Below are positions 30,097 to 40,375 of a stretch of DNA of 64,000 nt, one piece after another (position 1 is the stretch's first letter; each line of letters starts with the position of its first letter). Under the pieces are notes generated by a model. The model saw nothing but the letters and a program-made list of their open reading frames with translations. It was not told where the DNA came from and ran no database searches. The stretch lies in sequence record NC_028927.1; one strand, written 5' to 3'. The position numbers and the translations under genes are program-made. Origin of the DNA: Escherichia phage slur02.

Positions 30097-30336
30097 TTAA
30101 ACTCTCGTATTATGATCGATAATTTCATCAAGAAACATATCTAACGCTTCTACAGCATTATTAACTTTATCTTCAAGTTCTTCAATACTTTTATTTGCAA
30201 TGCCTGACGAAAACCAAGCAAAGTCACTAAGTTCCTCATCTGCTTTACGAATTAAAGCTACCAATTCCTTAATTTTATCCGCTTGTTCGATACTAATCAT
30301 TATTCCACCACATATGAAAGAGAGAATATTGCACAC
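30097..30336 (-). CDS. hypothetical protein (start possibly at 30300)
   Basis: 79-aa ORF overlapping the next gene. Confidence 0.4.
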   Translation of the reverse strand: MCNILSFICGGIMISIEQADKIKELVALIRKADEELSDFAWFSSGIANKSIEELEDKVNNAVEALDMFLDEIIDHNTRV

Positions 30337-30488
30337 GCCATGTGAGTTGCAACTTCATCACACATATTATAACGTTTCTTAAGAAATTCTACAAGTTCTT
30401 CACTAGTAACTTCATCCATGTCGACGAAAAAATCACCATTAATGATGACGTAGATATTTCCTTCTTGATTAAGTGCTTCAATTTTCAT
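30300..30488 (-). CDS. hypothetical protein
   Basis: ORF 30300-30533; true start ATG 30486-30488 ([17 protein letters not shown]) downstream of an early promoter. Confidence 0.45.
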   Translation of the reverse strand: MKIEALNQEGNIYVIINGDFFVDMDEVTSEELVEFLKKRYNMCDEVATHMACAIFSLSYVVE

Positions 30489-30511
30489 GATGTTCTCCTC
30501 TTTATCCGATA

Positions 30512-30550
30512 GTTGTATAGTACCACAGCTCAAACGGAAAGTAAACCGGT
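30512..30550 (-). promoter_or_regulatory. T4-type early promoter with conserved leader
   Basis: GTTTAC (30541-30546), TGTGGTACTATACAACTATCGGA. Confidence 0.6.
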
Positions 30551-30554
30551 AAAA

Positions 30555-30579
30555 TGAAAAAAGTCTCCCGAAGGAGACT
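30555..30579 (-). terminator. rho-independent terminator after the rI.-1 ORF
   Basis: minus strand AGUCUCC-UUCG-GGAGACU then UUUUUU. Confidence 0.65.
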
Positions 30580-30583
30580 AATG

Positions 30584-30970
30584 TTATTCGAGGGAAAGAA
30601 GATACTTACTCTGGTAAAACATTCCAGTAATATCATCTATCGTGCTTTGGATGGCTGGAGGCATTTCTTTATAAATGCTGTTAGATTGGTCTAGTATGTG
30701 ATCAATCATTTTAATTGTGTCGGTAGGAAGTTTACTGGCATCTGGAATTGAAGGTGTGTATTTTCTACCAGAATACCCCAAATATTGCTCACCAAATTTA
30801 TCAATCAAATCTGGCAACTCGGAGAAAATAAAATCGTATGCTTTGTGTCTAGCATAACTTTTAGTTTCAAAATGTGCAGAATGAAAATAAGCTTGTGCAG
30901 CCATTAATAAACCTAAGTATTCATCTGCCTTTGAAGGTTTTCCACTTTGTGAAAAGTCGCTGAATTTCAT
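30584..30970 (-). CDS. hypothetical protein (rI.-1 position)
   Basis: 128 aa; immediately downstream of rI. Confidence 0.5.
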   Translation of the reverse strand: MKFSDFSQSGKPSKADEYLGLLMAAQAYFHSAHFETKSYARHKAYDFIFSELPDLIDKFGEQYLGYSGRKYTPSIPDASKLPTDTIKMIDHILDQSNSIYKEMPPAIQSTIDDITGMFYQSKYLLSLE

Positions 30971-31260
30971 TCAGTCTCCAATTTAATGTTCATAATTCTA
31001 GCGTATGATTGTGCCATCTCCGCGCCTCGCTCTATACATTCAAAATCAGAAGAGCACGGGTCATTTTTATAGGTCGTTCTCATAAAACTATAGAATTGTT
31101 CAGACGATTCTACGCTTTTATTTTCAAAAAGCATATAAACGTGCCTAATACCAGATTCCATAAATTTATCAAAATGAGGATCGACATTCGCTTCAATCGG
31201 TGGAGATAAAACAAATGACAATCCTAGCATGGCAAATAGTGCCGTTGCTTTTAAGGCCAT
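30967..31260 (-). CDS. rI: lysis-inhibition regulator RI
   Basis: 97 aa with signal-anchor N-terminus; matches T4 RI as recalled. Confidence 0.85.
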   Translation of the reverse strand: MALKATALFAMLGLSFVLSPPIEANVDPHFDKFMESGIRHVYMLFENKSVESSEQFYSFMRTTYKNDPCSSDFECIERGAEMAQSYARIMNIKLETE

Positions 31261-31272
31261 AAAGGCCTCCTA

Positions 31273-31485
31273 TCATTTTTGTCCTGTATTTACTTTATGC
31301 CGATGCACGGCCTTAACTTTATCAAGGTATTTTTCAAAATTTCGCAATCTAGTATAGTCTGCCGGAGATTGGTTGAGTGATACTTCTCGACGCAAAGCTG
31401 AAATGATATTTCCAACTTCCCTACGAATTTCATCTAATTGAAGCACAGTAAGATTGCGAAGTTGCTTTTCAGTTAATTGTAGCAT
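31273..31485 (-). CDS. hypothetical protein (rI.1 position)
   Basis: 70-aa ORF. Confidence 0.45.
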
Positions 31486-31527
31486 ATATACCCCTTTAGT
31501 TAGATAAACCTATTTATAACTTTTGCA

Positions 31528-32109
31528 CTAACCGAGCTTTTTAGTTAATTCATTCCAATGTTTTCTACACAAAGAAACATAAATTTCATCACCAATACAG
31601 ATTTGATTACCTTCTTTAACTGGTGTTCCATCTTCCATTAATCGAGCTGTCATAATCGCTTTTTTACCACAATGACAAACTGCTTTTAATTCAATAAGTT
31701 TATCTGCAATCGCTAAAAGTTCTTTAGAACCTTCAAATAATTTTCCAGCGAAATCAGTCCTTAATCCATAAGCCATAACAGGAACATTATATGTATCAAC
31801 AATTCGGCTCAATTGATGCACTTGTTCAGTTTTTAAAAACTGAGCTTCATCTACAAATACGCAATGAATATCTTTTTGTGCTTCAGCCCATTTATAGAAC
31901 TCGAAAATATCCATATCATCTGTAATAATATTCGCTTCCTGTTTAATTCCAATGCGAGAAACAACTTCACAGACAGAATCGCGAGTATCAATAGCAGGCT
32001 TAAGAACTAATACACTCATTCCACGTTCTTTATAATTATGTGCAGCAGTCAAAAGAGAAGCAGATTTTCCAGCATTCATTGCTGCATAAGTAAAAATTAA
32101 ACTCGCCAT
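31528..32109 (-). CDS. tk: thymidine kinase
   Basis: 193 aa; P-loop NAGKSAS; C-terminal Zn-binding Cys; matches T4 Tk as recalled. Confidence 0.93.
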   Translation of the reverse strand: MASLIFTYAAMNAGKSASLLTAAHNYKERGMSVLVLKPAIDTRDSVCEVVSRIGIKQEANIITDDMDIFEFYKWAEAQKDIHCVFVDEAQFLKTEQVHQLSRIVDTYNVPVMAYGLRTDFAGKLFEGSKELLAIADKLIELKAVCHCGKKAIMTARLMEDGTPVKEGNQICIGDEIYVSLCRKHWNELTKKLG

Positions 32110-32118
32110 ATCACCTTC

Positions 32119-32304
32119 TTAAAGCGTATTCACATAAGCTATTAATTCATTTTCTTTCTTATCAAACCGATCAGCAAATTCTTCCTGCTGTTCGGGAGAT
32201 AGCGGGCCGTATTCATCATAAAAGGTGTTTGCTTCTGTATGCTCATCTAGAAGTTCATGGATAAGCTCAAACAATTTATCTTTTTGTTCTTTACTCAGAC
32301 TCAT
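32119..32304 (-). CDS. hypothetical acidic protein (tk.1 position)
   Basis: 61-aa ORF. Confidence 0.45.
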   Translation of the reverse strand: MSLSKEQKDKLFELIHELLDEHTEANTFYDEYGPLSPEQQEEFADRFDKKENELIAYVNTL

Positions 32305-32470
32305 ATATTAATTTCCAGGAGTTTTAAGATAATTCGCTTTTGCTTAAATATTTCCATCGTTAAATGATCAATATCTTTTTGACCAATTCCAATAGCAAAA
32401 CCCTTATTTACGGCAAGTTCAATTAAATTATCAATATTGCGTAAAACTTCATAACGTAACTCAAAATTAT

Positions 32471-32683
32471 TCATTTTGGTTCACCTTCTTTAACGAAATC
32501 AGGATAAGGATAAAATCCTGAATAAAATCCTTCACCTTTATGATTGATGCATCCTTTATTAGAACAATAGCACCAATAATCGAAATCACAAGCCATTTCA
32601 TCGTTGCATAAAGCAAAAACAACCGGCCACTTACACTTTTCACAGTGGGCATTTTTAAGAATACTAGTTTGGCTCATAACCAT
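32471..32683 (-). CDS. Cys-rich small protein (tk.2 position)
   Basis: ORF 32471-32698, start likely internal Met; about 10 Cys. Confidence 0.45.
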   Translation of the reverse strand: MVMSQTSILKNAHCEKCKWPVVFALCNDEMACDFDYWCYCSNKGCINHKGEGFYSGFYPYPDFVKEGEPK

Positions 32684-32886
32684 GTAACCTTTAAGCAATA
32701 TTCTTCTACATGTTGTTTACGACCTTTCTTATCAATAAAGGTATATTCAACGAATGTTCCAATGTAGTCTTTATCTACATCATGTGGACTATTAATTGGA
32801 CATTTAGTACGGCAAATGCGTTCCCATTGACGAATAATTACTGCTTTGTTTTTAGGATCAAACGGATGTGGGTAATGCACTTTCAT
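32674..32886 (-). CDS. hypothetical protein (tk.3 position)
   Basis: 70-aa ORF. Confidence 0.45.
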   Translation of the reverse strand: MKVHYPHPFDPKNKAVIIRQWERICRTKCPINSPHDVDKDYIGTFVEYTFIDKKGRKQHVEEYCLKVTWL

Positions 32887-33337
32887 AATCCACCACTATT
32901 AAATCAATATCAGGAGTAAACATGTCGATTAATTTAGAAACCTTATCCCAATCGCCGCCAGCAATACCACAACCTATGCGTGGAATGTAAATTACCGGTT
33001 TAAACAAAAGGGTTTCTGCCTGTAGATTTAATTCTATCATGCAGTTTACTAAAGCACCATAATCAAGATTAGGACCTGGTTCGTATTGCGTATACAGGTT
33101 ATAGCATATACCAAAACCATTAGGTTTATGTTTAAAAACAATAGACATATCGCCTAATTTATCACGAGAACCGTACTCAGTAGTGGTTTTATCTATTTCT
33201 AAAATTTTGGGATAGGCTCTTGCTAATTGACCAGCTACACCTGAACCCATAGTATGAAAACAATTGCACCCGTGCGCAATAATATTACCTTGAAGAAATA
33301 GGGCGACAATATCGCCCTTGATATATTTTACAATCAT
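32858..33337 (-). CDS. macro-domain protein (ADP-ribose binding/processing)
   Basis: 159 aa; GDIVA...IIAHGCNCFHTMGSGVAGQLA resembles macro-domain Gly-rich loops. Confidence 0.55.
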   Translation of the reverse strand: MIVKYIKGDIVALFLQGNIIAHGCNCFHTMGSGVAGQLARAYPKILEIDKTTTEYGSRDKLGDMSIVFKHKPNGFGICYNLYTQYEPGPNLDYGALVNCMIELNLQAETLLFKPVIYIPRIGCGIAGGDWDKVSKLIDMFTPDIDLIVVDYESALPTSV

Positions 33338-33675
33338 CTAGTACTCAATCCTCGATTATAAGAATCTACCAAACGGTCAACCATTGAATGACAAGCGGCT
33401 TTATCTTTCTCCTCCGCAACTGAACATTCTAAGGTATTCCACTTTTTAGCATATCGTTTTAACAATGTATCATTTTTGTATCTGCTTGATTTATCTCTTT
33501 CTCCGTCTTTATATGCATATATTAATTTCTGCGCAAATTCAGCTTGGCATGCTTTATTTTTCCCGCAATAATCCGCTGCAGTACGGTTTACATACTCTCT
33601 AATTTCAGTATATGATGTATCTGCTAACGCAGAAAATGAAATTAATCCTATACATAAAACCAAAATTTTAGTCAT
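33334..33675 (-). CDS. secreted protein with signal peptide (vs position)
   Basis: 113 aa; N-terminal MTKILVLCIGLISFSALA. Confidence 0.45.
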   Translation of the reverse strand: MTKILVLCIGLISFSALADTSYTEIREYVNRTAADYCGKNKACQAEFAQKLIYAYKDGERDKSSRYKNDTLLKRYAKKWNTLECSVAEEKDKAACHSMVDRLVDSYNRGLSTR

Positions 33676-34213
33676 TTACTATTTCCAAAAGTTTATTATT
33701 TTTAAGGTAATTAGCCTTTTCTAGGACTTCAGAAGCATATTTAGAACCTGCTTTAACATTCCATCCCGAATTATAAGAGGATATTGCTTTTCTTATATCG
33801 CCCTTATGTATATTTAACCAATAAGAAAGTTCAATGTACGCCCAGGAAGCTGAATTGGACCGTTTATTCAACATTCTTTTTATTTCAGCATCGGTCATAT
33901 TATAACCAAGTTCCTTAACTCTTGCTCGCATAGTAGGCAAATAATTTTGGAACATTCCGTAGGCGTGATGCTTTGCTTTAGATTTTAAATTAACTCCGCC
34001 AGAGCTTTCTTGCCATAAAATAGCAGCCATTATATGACCCAATCCGCTCTTGTGGATATTTTTGTGTGTTTTATATTTTCCATCCTTAGAAAATTGTTCC
34101 CCGAATTGATACGCGTAACGCATGTTATCGAGTTGGACATTACTGAAAGTATGCTCGGAGCTATGTGCCATCATTGAAATGGCCAATAGACCAGCGAGTA
34201 GTGCTTTTCTCAT
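33668..34213 (-). CDS. soluble lytic transglycosylase-like periplasmic protein (vs.1 position)
   Basis: 181 aa; signal peptide; SLT motifs QESSGG and AYGMFQ. Confidence 0.55.
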   Translation of the reverse strand: MRKALLAGLLAISMMAHSSEHTFSNVQLDNMRYAYQFGEQFSKDGKYKTHKNIHKSGLGHIMAAILWQESSGGVNLKSKAKHHAYGMFQNYLPTMRARVKELGYNMTDAEIKRMLNKRSNSASWAYIELSYWLNIHKGDIRKAISSYNSGWNVKAGSKYASEVLEKANYLKNNKLLEIVND

Positions 34214-34220
34214 GCTTACC

Positions 34221-34682
34221 TCATTGAGTTTTAATTACTGCTTTAGAAGCCTTTCCTGGTAAACGACGACTGTTGATAATTGCCATCCTGCATTGAAGTG
34301 ACGGGTCTTTGAACTTCTCATTAGGCTTACAAACCGTAAATCCAAGCCAAAGATTTCCATCTGTGATTTCTAAACGTCCAGGACGATATTCAACCCCATC
34401 AATAAAATCCTCGTCAATGTCAGGACGCGGAGGCATACTCAGGAATTCATTAACTTCTAAAACATGGTCTTTTATTTTATGGAATAATTCAAAAACATAT
34501 GTCTCATCAATCTCCCGTTGAATTGCACGATCAAGAAGATGTTGAGAATATTTTAGATGAAACGATGAGACTCCTGCTGCTTTTGATGCCTCACGAATCT
34601 CATTGTTAATTTGACGAAACTCCGACTCAAAGTGACGACGAAGCTTATTTCGACGGATAAAAACTTCTGTATTGATAGTCAT
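34221..34682 (-). CDS. regB: endoribonuclease RegB
   Basis: 153 aa; T4 regB size/position; early promoter upstream. Confidence 0.85.
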   Translation of the reverse strand: MTINTEVFIRRNKLRRHFESEFRQINNEIREASKAAGVSSFHLKYSQHLLDRAIQREIDETYVFELFHKIKDHVLEVNEFLSMPPRPDIDEDFIDGVEYRPGRLEITDGNLWLGFTVCKPNEKFKDPSLQCRMAIINSRRLPGKASKAVIKTQ

Positions 34683-34707
34683 GTTGTTCTCCTCTTAACT
34701 GATAGAA

Positions 34708-34742
34708 AAATTATACCACAGTCAAGAGGAAAAGTAAACAGT
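34708..34742 (-). promoter_or_regulatory. T4-type early promoter (regB)
   Basis: GTTTAC (34734-34739), spacer, TGTGGTATAATT. Confidence 0.6.
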
Positions 34743-35020
34743 TATTCTTTAAATCTAATCAATTTATTCATAGACTTTGAAACTTCTGCACGAACCTCAT
34801 GTAAGTTTTTAAGCTGTTCAAGACGCTGCTCATAGTAAGCAATTTCATCTTCTTCGAGACAGTCCTGTGAATCTTCTTTAAGATAGCGTGCATAGTCCTG
34901 GAAAGCTTTACGGACTACTTCCTGGAAGTCATCAAGACTTTGAATTTTCTTAGGAGCGGCAGATACACGACGAGGGGCAGTATAATACTCATAACCAAAC
35001 CCTGCACTTAATTGAGCCAT
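34742..35020 (-). CDS. hypothetical protein (vs.3 position)
   Basis: ORF 34742-35062, start likely internal Met. Confidence 0.45.
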   Translation of the reverse strand: MAQLSAGFGYEYYTAPRRVSAAPKKIQSLDDFQEVVRKAFQDYARYLKEDSQDCLEEDEIAYYEQRLEQLKNLHEVRAEVSKSMNKLIRFKE

Positions 35021-35322
35021 TAGTATTTTTCCTCTGGTTGGAACACAGCACGGCAAGCCCACATACTTGCTTCTTTGAGTTTCGTTTTAGCAATAGTTAA
35101 CTGATCGAGGCTTTCGGCGTAATTCTTCGCGAGTTCATCATCTTCACAGCTATCAAATGCTTCCCAGAATTCATCGTATAAAGCGTCAAAGATAAGTCCT
35201 AAACGAACTTCAGCGTCTTTGATAGCATTCACTTTACCGATTTTCTCTTCAGTATGCGGCTTATAACCTTTAATGTCTTCAATCATATTTGACTTCCTCA
35301 CCAGTACATAAATCGTATTCAA
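35020..35322 (-). CDS. hypothetical protein (vs.4 position; candidate Acb2-like nucleotide sponge)
   Basis: 100-aa ORF at the position of T4 vs.4; sequence identity to Acb2 not verified. Confidence 0.4.
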   Translation of the reverse strand: MNTIYVLVRKSNMIEDIKGYKPHTEEKIGKVNAIKDAEVRLGLIFDALYDEFWEAFDSCEDDELAKNYAESLDQLTIAKTKLKEASMWACRAVFQPEEKY

Positions 35323-35500
35323 CTAAACGAATAGGTTCATGAATGCCATATCCCTGAACAGAAATTTCTGTAGTAGGATAAATTCCATCAATATCACCCA
35401 TATTCCAGGCTTCGTTAAATTGCTGTTCGCCTGAATTACTAAACCACTCGGCGAAAGCATTTAGCACATCTTTAGAACCTTCAATAATTATCTTTGCCAT
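35279..35500 (-). CDS. hypothetical protein (vs.5 position)
   Basis: 73-aa ORF. Confidence 0.45.
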   Translation of the reverse strand: MAKIIIEGSKDVLNAFAEWFSNSGEQQFNEAWNMGDIDGIYPTTEISVQGYGIHEPIRLVEYDLCTGEEVKYD

Positions 35501-35862
35501 TATAAGCTCTCAGTAAAGGTACGAGCAATAACGTCGCGCTGCTGTTCCGGAGTCAGAGAGTTAAAGCGAACTGCATAACCGGATACACGGATGGTCAGCT
35601 GCGGATATTTTTCCGGATGCTTAACTGCATCTTCCAGAGTTTCACGACGCAGAACGTTAACGTTCAGGTGTTGACCACCTTCAATTTTAACTGTAGGCTG
35701 TGGCTCAATTTCAATTTCACGAGCATGCAAACCGTAGAAAATTTCTGGGTCTACAAAAGAGTCCTCTTTAAAGGTTTTAGAGACAATAATTCGTGCTTGA
35801 ATACCATCTTCAAAATAAATAGTACCTTTATGTGTGCCTTCAAGAATTTGATATGCTTTCAT
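35500..35862 (-). CDS. GrcA/YfiD-like glycyl-radical spare-part protein
   Basis: 120 aa; C-terminal [25 protein letters not shown] resembles the glycyl-radical motif of E. coli GrcA. Confidence 0.65.
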   Translation of the reverse strand: MKAYQILEGTHKGTIYFEDGIQARIIVSKTFKEDSFVDPEIFYGLHAREIEIEPQPTVKIEGGQHLNVNVLRRETLEDAVKHPEKYPQLTIRVSGYAVRFNSLTPEQQRDVIARTFTESL

Positions 35863-35869
35863 ATAAACC

Positions 35870-36196
35870 TCAATTAGAAAATAAATTTATCCAAGATTGT
35901 TCTTTAATTAAAAATGGCTCAGAATCATATGCCATTAAACTTTGGGTGATTAGTCCTTTAAAAGGTCCATCAATAAATTCCATGGTAAAATATGGAATTT
36001 TATTCATTAACTGTGCGTTAGGAGCAGTGCACAAAACTCTGCATCCTTTGAATACACCTTTTTGTAATTTGTATTGCTTGGGATAAAATTCGCTTAAAAT
36101 GTTGTTATTTGCCAAAATTTCAAAATGATTTACCAATTTATTTTTAATAGTTTTTGGCGAAAAATAGAGATATTCGAAAAGCTGTGTGTCTGTCAT
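35870..36196 (-). CDS. hypothetical protein (vs.7 position)
   Basis: ORF 35870-36250, start likely internal Met. Confidence 0.45.
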   Translation of the reverse strand: MTDTQLFEYLYFSPKTIKNKLVNHFEILANNNILSEFYPKQYKLQKGVFKGCRVLCTAPNAQLMNKIPYFTMEFIDGPFKGLITQSLMAYDSEPFLIKEQSWINLFSN

Positions 36197-36735
36197 TATT
36201 GCATTCCGATTACGAAAAACTGTGGACGAGTAATACCACCAATGCAACATTTACTATTACAGCAGTAGTGTACAGTGTCAATATGGACGCTATAAATCTT
36301 ATCCATATCAGGAGATTTGACAGGCTCATCAATTATATACAAAATTCGCGAAAGCGATAAACCTCTGAACTTGCTTCCTTTATTACCAATAAAACTGCGT
36401 ACAGAATCAGTAAATAAACGAAAACGTATATCATCATTAGAATAACGCGAAAATTCCTTTTTAATGTTATTTGCAGAAATTTTAGCGTAAGCTGAAGTAT
36501 TAGAAAGAACAATAACTGTTCCGCCATCATACAGCCAATTAGCAGCAAAGTTAGTCACAGCAATTGATTTACCAGATTGACGTCCACCATCTATACGAAG
36601 TGTGCAGTACTGTTTAAGTAATTCTTCAAATGGCGGGATATATTCGTTTTTACAAATTTCTTCTACTCTAGCATCAGAATGGTGTGTAAAAGCATTCATC
36701 AGGGATAGATACGGGCCAGTTAAAAATGTTCTCAT
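36196..36735 (-). CDS. hypothetical protein (vs.8 position)
   Basis: ORF 36196-36792, start likely ATG 36733-36735. Confidence 0.45.
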   Translation of the reverse strand: MRTFLTGPYLSLMNAFTHHSDARVEEICKNEYIPPFEELLKQYCTLRIDGGRQSGKSIAVTNFAANWLYDGGTVIVLSNTSAYAKISANNIKKEFSRYSNDDIRFRLFTDSVRSFIGNKGSKFRGLSLSRILYIIDEPVKSPDMDKIYSVHIDTVHYCCNSKCCIGGITRPQFFVIGMQ

Positions 36736-36870
36736 ATTTTCTCTCTTAATTTTTGGGCCATTCCATGGCACATGAGTTGTCCATTCCTGCATTACCCATT
36801 ACCGCGCTTTGGCTCGACCTTATCACAGGTTGGCGGGAATACCTCAAATGAGGTCCAGGCTGTTCCCATA

Positions 36871-37344
36871 TTATTTGAACGATTTAACGTACTGAATAGA
36901 ACCTTTACTATTTACAAAGGCAATTTTACCATTTTTATTATACATGGTAGCAGTACGTTGATAACCATAAGTTTGTTTACCAGATTGATAACCAACTAAT
37001 GCGAAATTATCTTCGCCCATTTTATTCTGTTTAGCGCGAATGCGTTCATGACCATGTGCCATAAGAACCTTAGCATCACCGGTTGCAATGGATCGACGAG
37101 TTTTTTCATCTTCAACTGTATTAACAAAGTCGTCAAATGAATCAAATTTAGCATGAGATTTATTATACAGTTTTCCATCTACTGCATAATTATATCCCTG
37201 TACATCCATCTCAACTTCTGTACCATCATCCAATACAGCAGTGATTTTTTGACCTTTTTTAAATTTCAAAAGATCAGTAAAAGATTCAGCAATAATTTGA
37301 GAATTAATAGCTGCTTCAGTGATAAATTCTTGATATGTTTTCAT
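36871..37344 (-). CDS. internal-protein-like packaged protein with capsid-targeting N-terminus
   Basis: 157 aa; N-terminus MKTYQEFITEAA matches the CTS recalled for T4 internal proteins (MKTYQEFIAE); AGGAA RBS. Confidence 0.55.
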   Translation of the reverse strand: MKTYQEFITEAAINSQIIAESFTDLLKFKKGQKITAVLDDGTEVEMDVQGYNYAVDGKLYNKSHAKFDSFDDFVNTVEDEKTRRSIATGDAKVLMAHGHERIRAKQNKMGEDNFALVGYQSGKQTYGYQRTATMYNKNGKIAFVNSKGSIQYVKSFK

Positions 37345-37360
37345 ATGATTCCTTTAATTT

Positions 37361-37678
37361 TTATTCTTTAGGAAAATTTTTAGAATATGCGTCGTAAAGC
37401 TTATTTCCAATACGACGAAAAACTCTAGCTGCAAAACGATTTTCTGGGTTTTTAATCATAATTTGCATCATATAAGTACCCGCGTCTGAAAGAGCTTCTT
37501 CATAGTACCCGTTAATTTCTTTAAGAGTCCTACGTTTACCACCAGGACCATCAACAGTGATTTTCCATTTACCTGTAGAAGTGCGACTCGGCGGCTCAAC
37601 TTGTTCAATCCAAATATAACCGCCTTCTACACGTTGTCCTGCAGCAGATTCTGCAATAAATTCTTGATATGTTTTCAT
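37361..37678 (-). CDS. internal-protein-like packaged protein with capsid-targeting N-terminus
   Basis: 105 aa; N-terminus MKTYQEFIAESA; basic; directly downstream of denV. Confidence 0.55.
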   Translation of the reverse strand: MKTYQEFIAESAAGQRVEGGYIWIEQVEPPSRTSTGKWKITVDGPGGKRRTLKEINGYYEEALSDAGTYMMQIMIKNPENRFAARVFRRIGNKLYDAYSKNFPKE

Positions 37679-37687
37679 ATGTTTCCT

Positions 37688-38104
37688 TTAAATGTAAATA
37701 TTTTTACCGTAATACTTATACCAATGTGGTTTCATTAAAATTTTTTCATCAAGTCGTTGTTGACTCAATTTAATAGCTGATTTGCATGGATTATAATCAT
37801 TTTTCCATTCTACTGGAATATCGCTGATGTCAGGAACTTCAGTATCTTTTATACTGAACCCTCGTTTTAAGCATTCCGTTATAATGTCTAATTGACGCTT
37901 TCGCAAAAATTCTAACTTATCGTAAAAGAACGTAACATGACCAGAACCTAAAATAAACTCGGAAGATATTTTAAAATCTTTAACGCGCTTACCGTTTGCC
38001 ACATGCTTACGAACTATACCAAAAACACGTGGCAATTCACGGTATTCTGCGATTAAATGTTGATCAGCAAGTTCAGATACTAAAGTCAAATTAATACGAG
38101 TCAT
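37688..38104 (-). CDS. denV: endonuclease V (pyrimidine-dimer DNA glycosylase)
   Basis: 138 aa; matches T4 DenV as recalled ([17 protein letters not shown]...). Confidence 0.93.
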   Translation of the reverse strand: MTRINLTLVSELADQHLIAEYRELPRVFGIVRKHVANGKRVKDFKISSEFILGSGHVTFFYDKLEFLRKRQLDIITECLKRGFSIKDTEVPDISDIPVEWKNDYNPCKSAIKLSQQRLDEKILMKPHWYKYYGKNIYI

Positions 38105-38121
38105 TTTATCCCTCCAAGTAA

Positions 38122-38162
38122 CTGTGAATATACTATCACAATTCTAGGAGAAAGTAAACAAC
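38122..38162 (-). promoter_or_regulatory. T4-type early promoter (denV operon)
   Basis: GTTTAC (38154-38159), spacer, TGTGATAGTATATTC. Confidence 0.55.
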
Positions 38163-38163
38163 T

Positions 38164-39132
<969 letters not shown>

Positions 39133-39151
<19 letters not shown>

Positions 39152-39621
39152 TCAGTGATAAAGCTATTTAAATTTTGGGTATATTTCTTTTCATCAAAAA
39201 TCTTTTGTTGTCTGCGTAAACGCCATGGCATTTCAATGAACGTGTACCATATCCCAGATAATATTGCTGCTGTAAAAATATTAACAAGTATGGTTAAAAT
39301 AATCCAATCTCCCGTTCTGTCTACTGGACTTTCTCCAAAGAAGCAAAATACAAATGATGTCACAGGAAAACTAATAATGTACCACAGAATCATAATTTTA
39401 TCTGTGAACCAATCAGCATTTGTTAACTTAGCACGACCATTATGAATACACACGAATTTATCATCTGTTATAATAGATGGCTTAGCTGCTTGATATCCCA
39501 TTCTAAACTCCCTAATCAACAAATTTTTCATATCTTCGGAACAACCATTCCAGTCAACTCTATTAACTGAAATGCCATCATCCCCATCATCTAAATCATA
39601 CCAGCGAGTTTTTAAAATCAT
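39133..39621 (-). CDS. membrane protein (e.2 position)
   Basis: 162 aa; TM helices in C-terminal half; C-terminal ECRKLK. Confidence 0.45.
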
Positions 39622-39980
39622 TTAATTTTCCTACAATCACTCACAAACTCTTCCATTGATTCTTTTTCAATATAAGACATGTAGCTATTATATTCCTTTA
39701 ATTGTATTTTGTAATCCTTTTTTCTTTGCCAATTTATTTTAAAATTATCATAATGAAAATATAACATGGTACCAAAGAATGAAAATAATGAAATAATTTT
39801 AGTATAGTGAAGTTCACTCCAAACTTCTATTATATTTACTGTGCCGTCAATGTTTAAAATAAGACAGTCAATTAACAATCCAAAAAGACTACCCGCAAGA
39901 GCTGCAGCCAACGCTACAGCAAAAATTAAAAATGACTCAGGAAGAGAATATTTGACTTTATTTAGTTTTGGCTTTTGCAT
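39618..39980 (-). CDS. membrane protein (e.3 position)
   Basis: 120 aa; two TM helices; C-terminal DCRKIK. Confidence 0.45.
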   Translation of the reverse strand: MQKPKLNKVKYSLPESFLIFAVALAAALAGSLFGLLIDCLILNIDGTVNIIEVWSELHYTKIISLFSFFGTMLYFHYDNFKINWQRKKDYKIQLKEYNSYMSYIEKESMEEFVSDCRKIK

Positions 39981-40375
39981 CGTGATTCCTTAACAAATTT
40001 CATAATTTCATCAAATTCATGCGCAGCAAGTTTAAGCTGATGTTCCTTTTTAATCTTTTTACACTGAGCTTTCCAATCACGTACACGTTTACGATAGTGT
40101 CTTCCTTGATACCAGTATCCTATCCAATTTATAGGTACTAATAAAAGCGGAACTACCAATGGAAGAATTAGTGTTGCTCCAAATATTGCACCAGATTCAA
40201 TATCAGTCATAACGTCTATAACTATTCCAGCAATCAGCAGAATCACAAATGATACGGCTACCACAGGACCTATTAACACATCAGTAGAAATTATCTGACG
40301 CTTTAATTCATACTTCAACGGTTTACTTGGAAGGTATAGTGATGGCTTTGACATATTCTCTACATTCCTTAACAA
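39962..40375 (-). CDS. membrane protein (e.4 position)
   Basis: 137 aa; two TM helices; C-terminal ESRCKSQN. Confidence 0.45.
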   Translation of the reverse strand: MLRNVENMSKPSLYLPSKPLKYELKRQIISTDVLIGPVVAVSFVILLIAGIVIDVMTDIESGAIFGATLILPLVVPLLLVPINWIGYWYQGRHYRKRVRDWKAQCKKIKKEHQLKLAAHEFDEIMKFVKESRCKSQN

